Positions 35,952 through 50,329 of a stretch of 64,000 nucleotides of DNA are shown one piece after another. The first letter of the stretch is position 1, and the number at the start of each line of letters is the position of its first letter. Made by a program: the position numbers and the translations under genes. The notes below the pieces were generated by a model. The model made no database searches and was not told the DNA's origin. It was given only the letters and a program-made list of their open reading frames with translations. The stretch spans positions 18,600,001 to 18,664,000 of the forward strand of contig JBHGNT010000010.1 of the NCBI GenBank assembly GCA_043228905.1. Direction: 5' to 3'. The stretch is from Azolla caroliniana. Lineage: Eukaryota > Plantae > Polypodiophyta.

Positions 35952-38900
35952 ATGGCGTCGAATAAATGTGAAGGAAACACTGAAACTATTCCAAAGAGTG
36001 GGAGCCCTCTAGTTAAGGCTTTTGATAAGAAAGCTAAAGGATATCTTAAGGCTCTTCAAAGAAGCTTAAGCTCATCGTCTCTTGAGAGGTATTCAAAGAT
36101 TCTCAACTTCGTTTACAATTTACTATTAGCTCTAAATGGCCTTTGAATTGGCACATTTTGTCTTTTAAGCCCTCATTTAGACTAAGAATCATACATTCTC
36201 TAGCATTTTGTTTTGTTTCCTATATAAAAGATTTGTTGGTTATTGTAGGCAACCATGAAAATTGACCCAATAGACTTATTTCTAATCTTTATCATAAAAA
36301 ATATCATGAATCTTTATCATCCAAAATATAAATAGTGACGGATGATTATAATGAACCCAATATCTAAGGATTTGCCCTTGAATTGATCCCATGAACTAGT
36401 TTGACCATTACACCATTGGATTCATATAGTGAAGTTTAAAGATGTTTTCATGAATCTATAAGAATATTCTTGGTGTGGATTTCAAAAGGCAACGTGGTTC
36501 TTATTGTACTCAACCATATAATGCCTTGTTTTGCTTTTCCTCGTTTGCCTATAGGAGCTTTTCACTAGATGAAGAAGATTCAACTATTATGACCATTGAC
36601 TTTCTACGATCACGACTCCAATCTCAACGAGCTCACTATCGAGCCGAGAAACAACGTGCTGAGATGCTTGCACGAAAGGTAAGTTGTTTCCTTTATCACG
36701 CAAAAAATGATGTCTACAATGAGTTAGCTAACTAGTTGACAATGAAAATACTTAGGTATGGGAGCTTGAACAAAAACTCAAGATGAGGAAAAGTGTTGAA
36801 CATGTCGAAATCGGGATACCTAATAACACTTCTGAGGTTACACGAATTGAGCAAAGTTATGCTCTTGATGATCCCTCTCGAAGCCTTGATGGAAGTTTTG
36901 AAGGTATAGTTGAACAAGATGTTAACGACGAGAAATATTGCAAGTATGTTGATTGCCAGAGTTGCAATAATCATTACACCCTCTCTAAAAGCCCCATCAA
37001 CGAGAAAAAGAAGCAAATCCACCCTAATTTCTCATCTTATGCATGTCATCAAAGCTCTCACCTGGACAATGATGGAGACTTTGGCTCTAGCTATAGGTTT
37101 GTCCCTCTACCTTCTATTTTTATGCAATTTAGCTTGCATTTAACCTAGAACTTCTTATTTGGTTTTTTATTTGCATCATTTTTTAACGCTTGGGTTATGG
37201 ATAAAAGCCATTCTTTTAGGAGACAAAGTTAACTATAAGGCAATGGTGTGATCCTTAAAGGAGGGTGGTGGAAAATGAATTCGTAAATCCACTCTTTTAG
37301 CATAAAAGTTAACTAGAAACCAATGTCCTTAATTAGGGCCATGATCCTCTTTGGGTTGTGGAAAGGAATTTAGATTCTCATTTTTACGAGAGCATGTTAG
37401 TTAATTATTACTGTAACAATTCGAACTATTGATGCTTTTGACAATGAACATAACATTAGACTTGTTACTTTATAGTTTTATCTAGTATCGCAAGCTTGTA
37501 AAGTAGAAGCTTTACACCTACATCATTGCATTTATACATTTTACATTTGTGAATATAATAGTTATCTCTTGCTTTGGACTTGAACACTACCGCCATCTTA
37601 ACATTTAACATAGCATAAGCTTTACCGCTCACATTTCGCCATTTCACTTGTACGCCATAATTTCTAATGGAGCATATAAATGCAAATCTTTTAGGTCTTG
37701 CTTTAGCATGGAATGTTTTGTTCTTTTCTCTCAAGGGAGATTATCATTTGTGACATCCTATACCAACATGCTAGATTTTGTTTGGTAGTGATATCTTATT
37801 CATTTATAAGTTCCAGACTTGTGTGATATGTGGTCACAAAATCTATGAATATTGTTTGTAATTTAATGCATTGTGAATAAGAGTCATTTTTTCTTTTTGA
37901 TAGTCCAAGGCAAGGTCAACAAATTGGTAACCTAAACTACCACACCTTTCATGATATGGAAACAATTCGTGCACAACATGACAGAAGTGTACAACAAGAA
38001 TTTAGTAAGGTAATGAATTACTTTTGATATTCATAATCTTAGGACAGGTACCCTTCATTTGAATTCAACCTCGATTACTTTTTCCAATTGAAGATAATTA
38101 AACATTTCCTTTAGTAATAAACCATCCTTTATGTAGTTCATCTCAAGGGTTTCACACACCTTTTTCAAGAAATATAAATGTCTCCAAAGCATCAAAATAT
38201 CGCCAATGCTTTGAATATTTGTATAAATACTCCTTGAGCTTTAGAAATTTTACCAGAATATCCTTCTTGAGTAGTAAATTGTACCATATAAGAGGTATTG
38301 TTATAGATTTTTAAAATGAAGGTATTTGGGAAAATGAAGGTATAGAGTACTTTCATGTTTTTCTTGTAAACATTGTCATATACATTTAATCACCCTCTAC
38401 ATATTACTTGTTTAGGGTTCGGATTTTTGGCGTCAACATCAAGAGCCATTCTCCATATCACATAAAAGAGAACTCCCACATGATAAAGACTCTAAAAGCT
38501 ACTCTCAATGTCCTTCATATACAAAGAAACTAAGCATAATTCCAGGTGATGTTAGCCCTTCTAGTTTTAATACATCTAGCGCATATCCAATCTATATGAG
38601 CATCAATACAGAATATGCAAAAAACCTTGTGCCAGAAACGTGCTCCAACAATGTGAATGATATCACACCACATCCAAACCATTCCTTTAAACCACAAACT
38701 TCTGATAAAGGAAGCACTCTCCTACAGAGACACAAAATGGGGAAACCTAATGCCCAAATGTTGTGTTCACATTGCGGTACTCTTTTACCACCATTGGTCA
38801 CAAAAGTAGATTCAGGCACATTCTTACATCCCCAACCAAAAACAACACTGAATAGATGCATAAGCTATGATACCCTCCCTCTCAATACAAGAGAATTTCT

Positions 38901-39306
38901 TAAGACATTTGGTGTTACCAAGCAAGATAATGAATATTACGACAAGGGGTTGACCATACCACCTCATTGTGGAAAACATGCAACTTTAGCAAAACACAAA
39001 CAAGAAGTTGCCGCGATTCCAACAGGTTTCTAGTTATTATATCTTGAGAAAGGCCAAAATACCCTTAACTTGAGTATTTGCCTCAATGCCAAAATACTTA
39101 ATAAGTTAGGAATATTTTGGTGTTTTGTCCCATGACACTCAAGATTTAACCAATGACCAACCTTTTTGCAAAATTTGTTCAACTATTTTGTTTGTCTAAA
39201 AAATGTCTTTTGTATTTAGCCAGGTTACAATAGTGGCCCTATATTACAAAGAAGTAAAAGCACATCGAGGTTTTATATTGAAACAACAATCTCAGATCAT
39301 CAATAA
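35952..39306 (+). CDS. Uncharacterised plant protein with N-terminal coiled-coil motif, 6 exons, ~466 aa
   Basis: Exons 35952-36088, 36555-36678, 36756-37096, 37904-38009, 38416-39025, 39224-39306; all GT-AG, phase-consistent, 1401 nt, no internal stop. Motif EDSTIMTIDFLRSRLQSQR...RAEMLARKVWELEQKL resembles a land-plant motif I recall as MTIEFLRARLLSER...ADELAKRVAELEEQL. Last exon less certain (alternative stop at 39033). Confidence 0.7.
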
Positions 39307-41098
39307 GTTGATCATCCAAAGCCGATGTGGACCTTTCATTGTACAAAGCATGCATTAATTGCTTAAACATATGATGGTGTATAAAACTCCATTTATCGAG
39401 TGGTAAGGTATATGATATAAAAATATGTTTCATACGTATATTATATAGAAGTGTCTTTTCATGTGTACTACTAGATGTTTTTTCTCTATATATGGGTTGG
39501 GAAATGTAGTAACAAGAAATCCACCCATAGAAAGCAAGGAAGATAACTCATTATTTTGAGAAAAGTAAATATGCTCAAAATCCTACATGGAATTGTTACC
39601 TCATTATGCTTTGTCCTATAACCCACACTTCATTATTAGAAGTTGAAACAATTTACTAGAAATTTTGGTTAACTCAAAAAGCATTTCAACTATTTGTATT
39701 GTTTGTTAGTTCTAAGATTTTGGCAACACACAAGACAAACATGTAGAAAGGTTCCTAACCTATGTAAGTCCATGTATGTACATACCCTTAATGTATGCCA
39801 ATCTTCCTATCGATGGATGTGAAGTGCTACAATCTTGCTATCTAAAGGTCTTACATGACTTTTTGACAACATGTGAATTTCACATAATGTATGTGACTAC
39901 ATGATTCTAGTAACTATAGAAGTGAATCTCCACCTTGTAATATTGTGCTGATGTTTTTATACATGCCATTCACCAAATGTTTAATCGATGCAAGAGCTCA
40001 TCATTTCATATGACTCATATTCTCACAAGCTATAATTTATTACGACTTATTGTCACAAGATATCATCATTCCTCCCTAAATTGGCATCAAAATTTCCCAT
40101 GAGAACTTTCTCAACCACTGCTTTGCTTAATGCAACACACCACCCCATACTCTGTTTCTACTGGAGAAATTATTTTATACCCCCAAAAAAAGCTAAAATC
40201 CAAAAGCAACATGTCCTGCAAAATCTCACTCAATTAAAAGCAATCTAGCTTTTCATCCCTAGGCCACAATTTATCTATAACCTTGAATTTTTTATTTTAC
40301 ATTTGTTTGAGCGCATCTTTCTTTAATACATTTGAGCATGTGGAGGGACAAGTAACATCATTTCATTTGTTTACTATATATCAAGGCTTGAATAAGGCCT
40401 AAAATATCATATGTTAATTATATTTATGTATTTAGTGAAGGGTCTATAAAATAAGCTTCGTGTTTTGGCTCCAGAAAAACTGCCAAATACCCTTGGTTTT
40501 CCTTTTATTTCCACAAATGCCCCTGTTAAAGGAAGGGAACGATGGCCTCTCATATAGCACGTAGAGCTCTTTGTAGAGAGGGTCAAGCAAGGTATTGTTG
40601 GAAATAATGAAAATTTATGCGTTTTTTGGAGGTTTTACCTTCTCCTTTTATATCAATTGAAGATTTTAGCATAGATGCTAATATTCTGCTTTACCCACCA
40701 AACAAATTGTCCATCGGATGCATGGTATAGTAACCTTAATCAACGCATTTGTTTAATTCAAAGATACAATAATCAAAAGATCGAATTCAATCATTTGCAC
40801 AACCCCTTGTAAAAATATATGGCACACTTAAACCACATAAAAAGGTGATACACTAAGCTTTCATGCCAAGAAACCAAATCCATTTGCAAAAACCGAGTAT
40901 CTAGAATATAGAGCTCAATAGTTCTAGGACAATACGTGTATGATCACAAGGGGGACTTTTTTTTTCACAAAAATAGAGGAACAAAATTAGTCAACAGATG
41001 AAATATATGTTGTCGTGAATTGACTCAAATTCCGCACAATGATTACATGATCTCTCATAAAGTTATTTATTAGATTTAGGCATAGTGCAAGGAGGAAA

Positions 41099-44000
41099 TC
41101 AGCCACCTGAATGAGACACTGGTGTGGTGATAAAGCTTCCATCTTTGAAAACACTTATAAATTGTTCTGCAAGCGCATGTTCAACCTATAATAGACATTA
41201 AAAAACATAAGATGATAGGGAGGTTAAGAATATTACTGTCTAACCACACCAATTACTACACGAGAAATAACAATATGAACATTAAAAACCAATTCATTCC
41301 ACAAAAGATAACATACTCAAAGCATCAAAATAAAATGAATCCATGAAAAGTAGAAAAGACATGAAACAAGAATATGACATCTAGAGACACCAGGTCTCAT
41401 ATGTGATATGCGTGGTTGATTAAATTCAATCATACAGCAGGAATTCGAAGCACCATTACCAGCGAAAACATAAAACCCAGACAAAGAAGTATAATGCAAA
41501 CATCAGAGTCTAGTTACCAATAAAGACACAAGGCATTAAACAAGCAATGGTTCGTTACAAATACTCAATCAATTGTAAGGCAAACAGCAAATGTCCATTC
41601 CCTATCAAAGGAGTAAGGATCACAGAAATCAATTTAAAAGATTCATTATATCTCTAATGAGCATTCCAACCATTCCAGGCAGCTGTCTCAGCATTTTTTA
41701 TGCATATATAATATTTAAAAATATAGTCAAAAAGAAAATAAATATAAACACAAAGCCCCACACACAGAAGGAAAATGAAATCACACATCGGACGCATATA
41801 AACCATGCCAAACATTGCAAACGTTTTACTCTATTTTCAGAATTCGAAATGCATGAATCTGAAAAAAAAATTCACAGAATGTACAGAAAATACATACTAA
41901 ATCTGCATTTTCGCTTTCTCCAGGAACGAGCACATTGATTTCACTTGATTTTGCTGTCGTTATGCACACATCAAGAGAGCTTTTACTTAAATAAAGCTGG
42001 CAACCAGTTGTGTTATCTATTGAAATTGAGGGAGCTGTGCCCTGCACATCCAAGTTTTCCAATAGAACCATAACAATGTGACCATCATCTGCTTGATGAA
42101 AAAAGTATTTAACTATGTAACATTCTAAACAAGATAAAGTTTTTACCAGGCACTGAACTTCAACGCTCGTACAGTTGACAACCTCAAATGCAGCCACTAC
42201 ATCCTAGGCAAACAAGTAGAAATATGTGTGAGGACAACGAATGAGAATATACATCAGAAAAAAGGCCATTCATAATATAATTTATCTTTTAATTGTTTTT
42301 CAGTTCACAATTTGAAATCTTCTTATATCAATTAACAAAGTTTCTTGATCAATTTTAAGAATCTCTCTTCATATGACCAGATTAAATTAACATATGACAA
42401 AATACGATACATCGCCTTCCCTTCCAAGTGAAACATAAAATTACCATTGAACAGGTAAAAGAATCTGTTCTTATTCAGATCAAAATTTTCTTAAAATATA
42501 TTAACTATTCCAATTAATATTAGAGAGCCTGTGGTTGGATGCTAACATCATTCACATTTCAAATGATCAATAAGAAGAAAGGAAAAATAGCATCATATTC
42601 TTTAGCTTTCTGGCTAAAATGTAACAGACATATCTTACCTTGAAAACAACACCTGTTTTTTGGCACTTGTCCAATGCAATTGTATTGACTTTACCTAATT
42701 AATTAACCAATTTCCAACATAAAAAAATAACAATCATTAAGATGAAGTGTTTCCCCAAAAATGCATAATGAGATTCAATTTTTTCCTCTATACCTTGAAT
42801 TTGGATTACAGAATCCTTGCAGCCGAAAATGTAGACCGATTGCCATGAGTTACAATTCTCGATGATCAAGTCCTTCTTTCCAATCTGATTTTCAATAACC
42901 CACCTGCATTGAGTGAGAAATTTAAAGGGAGAAGTAAGGATGATTCATCGTTACCTTAATCTTTTACAACAATATTAGAGAGTCAACCTCACAAATTATG
43001 TTAAAACGCCAATAGCCAATAACATGTGATGAATTCTACCTTGCAACTCTAAAGTCACACAAGACGTGAGTGTGACTTCTTATACTTATATAAGTAAAAC
43101 ACTTCAGTTCTTAGTCAGCCACTGCCAGATTATTGCAACAAATCAAGGCTAACTAAGTTATATACTATATGAGAAGAAAGGGATGCTCAAATAGCACATA
43201 TAGAATGAGAAAAAAGGGATGCTTCAATGGCATATATAAGTGGGAAAAATTGATGATATAGTCATTTAAAACAGCATTTATAAATTGCTCTTTTGATGGT
43301 TGATCACAAGCATTTTGAGAAATAAAGAAAAACTGCGGTGTTTCAGAGTTTTTCTCTAAAAGGAATGCTTCATATGGCTTCGTGGATCAAAGGCAAGGCT
43401 ACTCACTTGCGGTCCATTTGCAACTCGAATTTAGGAGATCCTACTTTAGCAACAGAAGCGATTGCACGGTCACTAACATGCGTATCTTTTGAACTAGAAG
43501 CTGGAACAGTTCCTACCCTGTCAGTACGATACTTTGTCTTCATGTCATTAGTGACCTTCCTTAACCCTGCAAAAGATAATCAAGCTATATTCTGATGGAA
43601 AAACTCCATGAAAACATTTTAGCATATAAAACTTCAAATATTCACCCTCACCCACCCGAAGTTACACCCTCTCCTTTATTAATTTCTTTGAAAACTGCAT
43701 TCATTCCTTGCCGCGAATCTCCAGGACCACTTGTCGTAGAGGAACCAGTGGGAGGTGGCGGTGGGGGTGGCGGGCCCCTTGGCGGTGGGGGTGGCGCGGG
43801 CCTAACCCCAACATGGGGAGGAGCTAAACCAGTATTGTTAGATGTTTGTAATTCACTCATGCTTACACCTTTTGGGTTCCATGAGGGTCCTGTTACATGG
43901 AACTTTTTTGTATAATCTCTCAAGGTTGGCAAATACAGTTCCTTGATTGACTTTGCCCATTCCACATGGTTCACATCCTTGTTTCGATACTCAACAAGGA

Positions 44001-47000
44001 TCTGTTTCAGCATTTATAGTACAGATTAGAAAAATAGAAATATAACAGGGCAATGCTCCAAAATATCCCCCACTATTTCTTTAGTTTCCCAGATGCTCCT
44101 GTTCAACCCCCAAAACAGTAAACAGCACACATAAAAAATCGAGAGAGAGAGTTGACAATGGGAATTTGGAAAACATAGGGACTCTGGAGAAATAAAGAAC
44201 ATCAGGTATACTCTGGAATTGTTCCAAACATATAAGTGAGGGAACCTAAAACCAAATATTCATGGATCATGATAAACAATAAAATGCACTACTTTTCAAA
44301 CCTTATTGCTGTAAAACTCAGCTGATTGCCAAGACTCTTCCACATGCGTCGCAGGGAAACTCATTCCTACACACCATGAATAAGCCAGCAATGGAATATT
44401 ACTTTAAAACATATCTAGATTTAAGTGGAACGATTACTCTTAAAACATATCTAGATTTAAGCGCATTGATTACTCTTAAAATTGTATTGAAGTTTCACAA
44501 TTAGCTTACCACAGTCTTTTCCGGTAAACGCAACCCATGTCAGTGCAGTCAGGCTTTCTGCTATCACTTTCAAATGATTATATGCATCAGTTCTTTTTCC
44601 ATCTGTCAACGTTGATGCTTTGGTGAGTACATCCCCCAGTGGCTTTAAAAGCTTTTGTAAGTCAGCAATCTCCGGTTGCTGTGAATGTAAAAAACGAATA
44701 AACAATATCAGCACTTTTATCGAATTAAAATAGTGAATGTCACTAAAATTAAATTTTAATGGAACTTTATGTTTGCCTTTTTAGTTGGTCGATCACCATA
44801 TCTTACAAAATATATGTACATTTCATAGGTTTGCCTTGTTAAGATTTTCATACACGTGTACACATTTCACAGGTTCATTGACTCAGGAGCCTCCAACCAA
44901 TTGACAAGCCATGAACAATGGTTCTAAGATATGAGGGAGCATGAGCGACCCTGCTATGTCAAGACTGGAAACGACTCAACACACCCAATCCAACACTTCG
45001 GAGACATGCCTTTCAGCCATTTTGGTAAAAGGGGTACATCAAGAACGTCTTGCATGTCCTAGAGATCTCAAAAAATCTTGTCTCAGTCGGACAAACCGTC
45101 GAGCAAGGAATGCAAGTTCAGTTCAACCAAGGAGGTTGCTTCATCGAGGACAAGGGTCAACTTATCACTTGTGGACATAGAGAAGGTTGAATGTTCATCC
45201 TTGACACAAGTGAGGTGAAATCGACCATGTACGCCAAGGGACGAAAGTCAGATCTCGAATCAACTGTGCAAATCAAAACCGTCGAATCATCAAAGCTTGA
45301 CGTGCAACGACAAAGACTCAGATGTGATATCGCCAAGAACCCAAGCTCTACAAGCTTCACCAGACGGACATGAAGAATGATTTCCTCTAGGGTGATGTTT
45401 TCACCAGAAGAACGTTTTCCTCCAAAGGGAGCTGGAAGAAGAAGTGTACATGGTACAACCACCTGGATTTAAGTCTAAAGGACACCTGCGTGTAGTATGC
45501 CGATTGAAAAAGACTCTCTATGGCTTGAAACAAGCTCCAAGGGCGTGGCACTCAAAGATAATGCAATATCTTCATCGAATCAGCTTCGAAGTATCAAAAT
45601 CCGACAGCTCATTGTATGTTATGCATAGTCAACGAGGCCTGCTCTTTATCATCTTGTATGTCGATGACCTAGTCATCAAAGGAGAAAGCCTCAAAGACAT
45701 CAAGCAGGTGAAAAAACAACTCGCTGGCAAGTTTGAGATGAAGGATGTGGACGAGCTCCATTACTTACTAGGAATCGAAGTCATTCAAACACCGGACGGG
45801 ATCTTATTCACGCAGTGCCATTGCATTTTGAACATATTGTTCAAAATCAACATGCCCAAATGTAAGCCCATCTCGACTCCTCTCGATCGCAACTTAAAGT
45901 TGCACGAAGACCCTGGCAATGTGTGCAAGCCTACACAGAAATAATCAGGAGTTTCATCTATCTCACTATCACCAAACCTGACCTGAGCTACCTGGCCAAT
46001 TCATGCAGACAACATTCACTTGAATTGTGCGAAACGAGTATTGCAATATTTCAGCAGCACCCTCGATCAAGGACTCTTCTACAAGAAAAATATGCCAATT
46101 CAACTCAAAGAGTATACAGATGCGGATTAGGCTGGAAACATTATGGATCGAGATCGACATCTGAATTTGTGTTCTCACTCCGAAACAGAGCAGTTTCCTG
46201 GGGTAGTAAGAAGCAACAGACAATTGCACTATCGAGCACGGATGTAAAATATAGGGATGCAACAATAGCTGCATGTGAAGCCATTTGGCTCAAAAGACTA
46301 CTGAAGGATCTGAATGAATCGGTCGATGCACTTGGAGTTGACAAGTTGCAGCAGTTCTCAATTAACCTCGGACTACGTGTGCTCGATCTTCCGAGCTTGA
46401 GGAGGATCGCTGAGAACCCTTACCTTAACTTGCTGAGCTTGGTGGGGAGTGTTAACTAACCACATTTAATGTGGTTGATGTAACTCTAGTTATAGAATTA
46501 GCCAACCACATTCAATGTGGTTGGTGTATCCCAACATATTCATAATGCCATAGTGGCTTATTGTAATGTGATGATGATTGAACCTTTTGTTTCTCCTGTG
46601 CTTAATATTTCCATCCCCCCTTCTCATGCGTGTTTTAGCGTGTTTATACTAACTAATCCCTAACTCTCTTCTCAACTTCTCTCCTCTCACATACATCGAC
46701 ACAACACATTGCTTCCACTTACATAATTAGGAGACCCCTATTTATTTACATTTTCTGACAAGATGAACTGATCCAATGACCAAGATACATGGACATCTAC
46801 ATGACCGATAGTGCTTGCAAGGCAGTATGCCACTATCTAGAGATTGAAGCAAGAAAAGCACTTTGCATACCTAAAGCCAAAAGATTTTGCATCACTCCAC
46901 TTATGACGGAGAAGGCTGACCCCATGGCACTTTGTCCAATGCTCGCTCAAGCTTCAAAGTATAGGAAATCAACCCTTATATTACCACAAGTGATGCAATG

Positions 47001-49147
47001 ATAACCGCACATCACTAACTTCATCCATAGGCATTGCCAACAACAAGAGAGATAATGAATACCATGGTACAAGACACATGGGCTATTCCAACATCAGATC
47101 GTGGAGATTATTGCTCATTATGTCTAGTCTACTTGAGGACACCTCAATACACTTGGTGAACTCCATCATAGCTTCAATCTGCCGCACCAACCTCAGATAA
47201 CATGCCCCTCACAATTACTCATCCCATACATATTAGTTATGCACTTCATGCTAGTAAACCATCTCTAGAATCAATCCACTGCATGCATTAAGATCATAAT
47301 CATGGATTTTCAGGAAATCTAGAACTTTTGTTTTTGTTTTTCAGGAAATCTAGTCTATCCTTTAGCTATTTTGTTTTTCAAGCCATTTAATTTGAGGAAG
47401 CTAGATTAGAAAGCCAGTTTTCTTTTATTTTTCTATTGTTATTCACATTGACGAGTTGAGATCAACACTTGTATTTCAATGGTAGGCGTAAAACTGTTAT
47501 AACTACTCATATGTTCCGAAGGCTCAATTACTACTTCAAAGTTGCATACAATATAGCTCCACAAATGAAAAAACACCTTCACATCATCTCACCTAGCAAC
47601 ATACATGATGAATTGTTCTACATACTCTTCTACTGTTACCATAAGCTCTTATATCTGCTGTATTCATCTCTCCCTTTGTCGTTAACATATGTTTCCTTCC
47701 TCTATTATTTCATTACTACATGTCTAGCTTCTGTCAGACATCAGGCAATCCTTATCCACAACATTTTGCTCTAGATGTCAGAAGAAAGCTAATTCTATGG
47801 ATAAATTATATCATTAACCACTCAGATTTACACCAAAATTTGCTAGATATCATATTTCCATAAAGATCCAATCTATACAGAGAACTTATAATTTCCATTT
47901 GCATGAATTATTGTATGGAAGTCTTGATCCTTCATACGCATTGTTCCAGCAAGCCCTAACTATCCTAGAAGCAAGATCTACAAGGAACACGACAACATTT
48001 ACTCAATTGTTAGGGAATGATGTCAAACAACTCTTATGCCTACAAGCAAACAACAAGAACGAGCAAGTAAACTCTAAACCTGATGCTTAAATACACCTAA
48101 ACGAGCTTAGGCTGACTTAATCATTTTTAATCACTCAATACTAACTATTAAGGTAAGAGATAAAAAAAGAAGCAATAAAGCATGAGCATTAGTCTTATAG
48201 AGTCTCTTCCAACAAGTTCAGCCCAAATACTTCAGTTAGAAGCTTCAGTTTGGGTTTTGGGTTAGGACTATACATTAGAAGGAGATGAGAATTAAATTGG
48301 CTAAAGATCTAGCTCAAGTTCTCTAGAAGTGAAGAGTGAAAAGGCGTACTGAATTTTATAGTCATTATGATCTCTTTATGGCTTTAAAACTCTTTCTTCA
48401 TATCTCTTTTCCTAGAGTCACCCTTGTCCGTTGTACTTCGACCAATGTCTAGGTGTATGGAAGTCATGAACAATTATCCTATACGAACTACATTCAATCA
48501 GAGATTAACGATGAGGAATCAAGAGAAATCCTTGCCTTTGGCATTTGGTTTTGATAAAGAATCAAGAGAAATTGTCAACTTTGCATTTAGAAACGATGAT
48601 CATTAAGGGGTGAAATCCTCATTTTTGCATTTGGAGTGATGGTAGAAAGAATTGACGATGAAGGATAGAACGAAATCCTTAACTTTACATTTTGGAACTG
48701 ATGATAGAGAAATAATTATGACAGGTTAAAACCTTAACTTTGCATTTGGAAAAGATGATACAGAATTATGAGACGATAAAAAGATGGCAATGATGATGAT
48801 GATGATGATGAATGTAGGGAAATACTTACCTTGCATTTGGATATGGTGAAGATGATATCCCTCTCGACAGAAAACGCTTCTTTCAAGATCTGGGATCCTT
48901 CAAGAACCTGGCCACCGATCTTCTGAGCTGAATCGATCACTCTTTTAATACCAGTTTCGATTATGACAGAGTCAAATTCAGACACCGAAGCATGGAGAGG
49001 GGTTGCTAGGTCAGGACTGAACGATCTAGAGCCAGGTGCGTCTGGTTTTAGGTCATTTCCTGAGGAGCCAGATTGAGCTTCGAGGCGAGATACGGCGGCC
49101 TCGAGGCGATGCAGAATAGAAGCCAGGGAAAGCTGGAGATCCGCCAT
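41099..49147 (-). CDS. CAP1: Adenylyl cyclase-associated protein (CAP/Srv2, actin-monomer binding), 10 exons, ~503 aa
   Basis: Exons 49147-48830, 44678-44510, 44366-44302, 44001-43656, 43566-43407, 42903-42794, 42694-42639, 42203-42147, 42041-41898, 41185-41099 (1512 nt, phase-consistent). RLEAAVSRLE motif, AYNHLK..AESL.AL.WV, FYSNKIL, poly-Pro, WH2-like GLRKVTNDMKTK, CARP domain (W.IENQ, TAKSSEINVLVP, EQF). Confidence 0.95.
44872..46750 (+). mobile_element. Degenerate, internally deleted Ty1/copia fragment in CAP intron 1, antisense to CAP
   Basis: FIDSGASN protease remnant, RT (YMVQPPGF, LYGLKQAPRAW, LYVDDL), RNase H (SWGSKKQ), PPT GGTGGGGAG at 46441-46449, then LTR starting TGTTAAC at 46450; right end approximate. 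Confidence 0.85.
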
Positions 49148-49212
49148 AGCCACACAAATGGGGGAGAAGAAGAAGAAGAAGAAGAAGAAGAAAGGAAGAA
49201 GGAAGAAGAAGC

Positions 49213-49252
<40 letters not shown>

Positions 49253-50329
49253 AAATGTATGAAGTATTGGAATAGAGAGGTGAGAAAATTGTGTTTCGAA
49301 CCCAAGACGTAGTGCTTGTAGGGTAAGCTAATTACAATAAGAGAAAAGAAAGAGAGAAATATTATCGTCTAATAAGGCCAAAAATTGGCCCACGAGACAA
49401 TTGGTGTACAGTAAAATACGGCGTCCACCCAATCATCAAAATACAAAATCAAAATCAAAATAGAACTTACGCTAAAAGAGTTCTAGTATTTGTACAAAAA
49501 CGTGTTTATGGTGTAACATATTCTATAAAGGAAATGACTGTGTACTAGGCCTAGTTTCGTTTCCATCCAAGCCTCTCGAACAGATGCGAGAGGCCAAAGG
49601 GTTTCGATGTGGGTGTGACCCGTGGTCCCCATGTAGAAGATACCCCAACCATGGCTTCTAGGTGGTTTGTCTCACATTCCCTTATTTTCTTAATTGCTTC
49701 TACACCACGTCGAGTTACTTTGAAACCCAACATCTGATGGGTGTTTGGTTCTTCTTTGATTTTCTGCTTCATCAAAGAAGAGGCCAAATGGTGCATGTGT
49801 GTCCACATTCATCGTCTCCCCCTGTCCCTGAAAAACTTCATTGGTTACATGTTGGTGAATATTAGAAAAGTTATTGTTAACATTTTGTAGTTTATTCTCT
49901 CTATGTTGTTTTAACTCTAAGATATATCTACCTAGTTTCTTTATATCTAGAGTATCTAATAATTTGGAGAGGGTGGGAGAGGTTTCAATTATGTCTTGGT
50001 ATTTTTCCCTTATCTCGGCGTAAGTTGAACGCTTGCATGTAAAGTGGTACTCATCCTCTATCTCTATGTGACATAATGTTCATATCCTTTCCTCTCTAGG
50101 AACCCCATTAGTACACCATTCTCAATCTCAAGTTGGTGAGATGATATTCTAAGTTGTCCAATTGCAACCCTTAGTGCATTTGGTAAGAATGTATCTAGAT
50201 ATTTTGGTCATATAATAAAACCTAACTTAAAGAAGTGCATAAAGTGTTCCTTATAGTACAACATTTTAGATGGGAGTGGCTCTTAGGTGGGGTGATCCAT
50301 TTAAACTGAGTGTAATTTTGTCATCTTTC

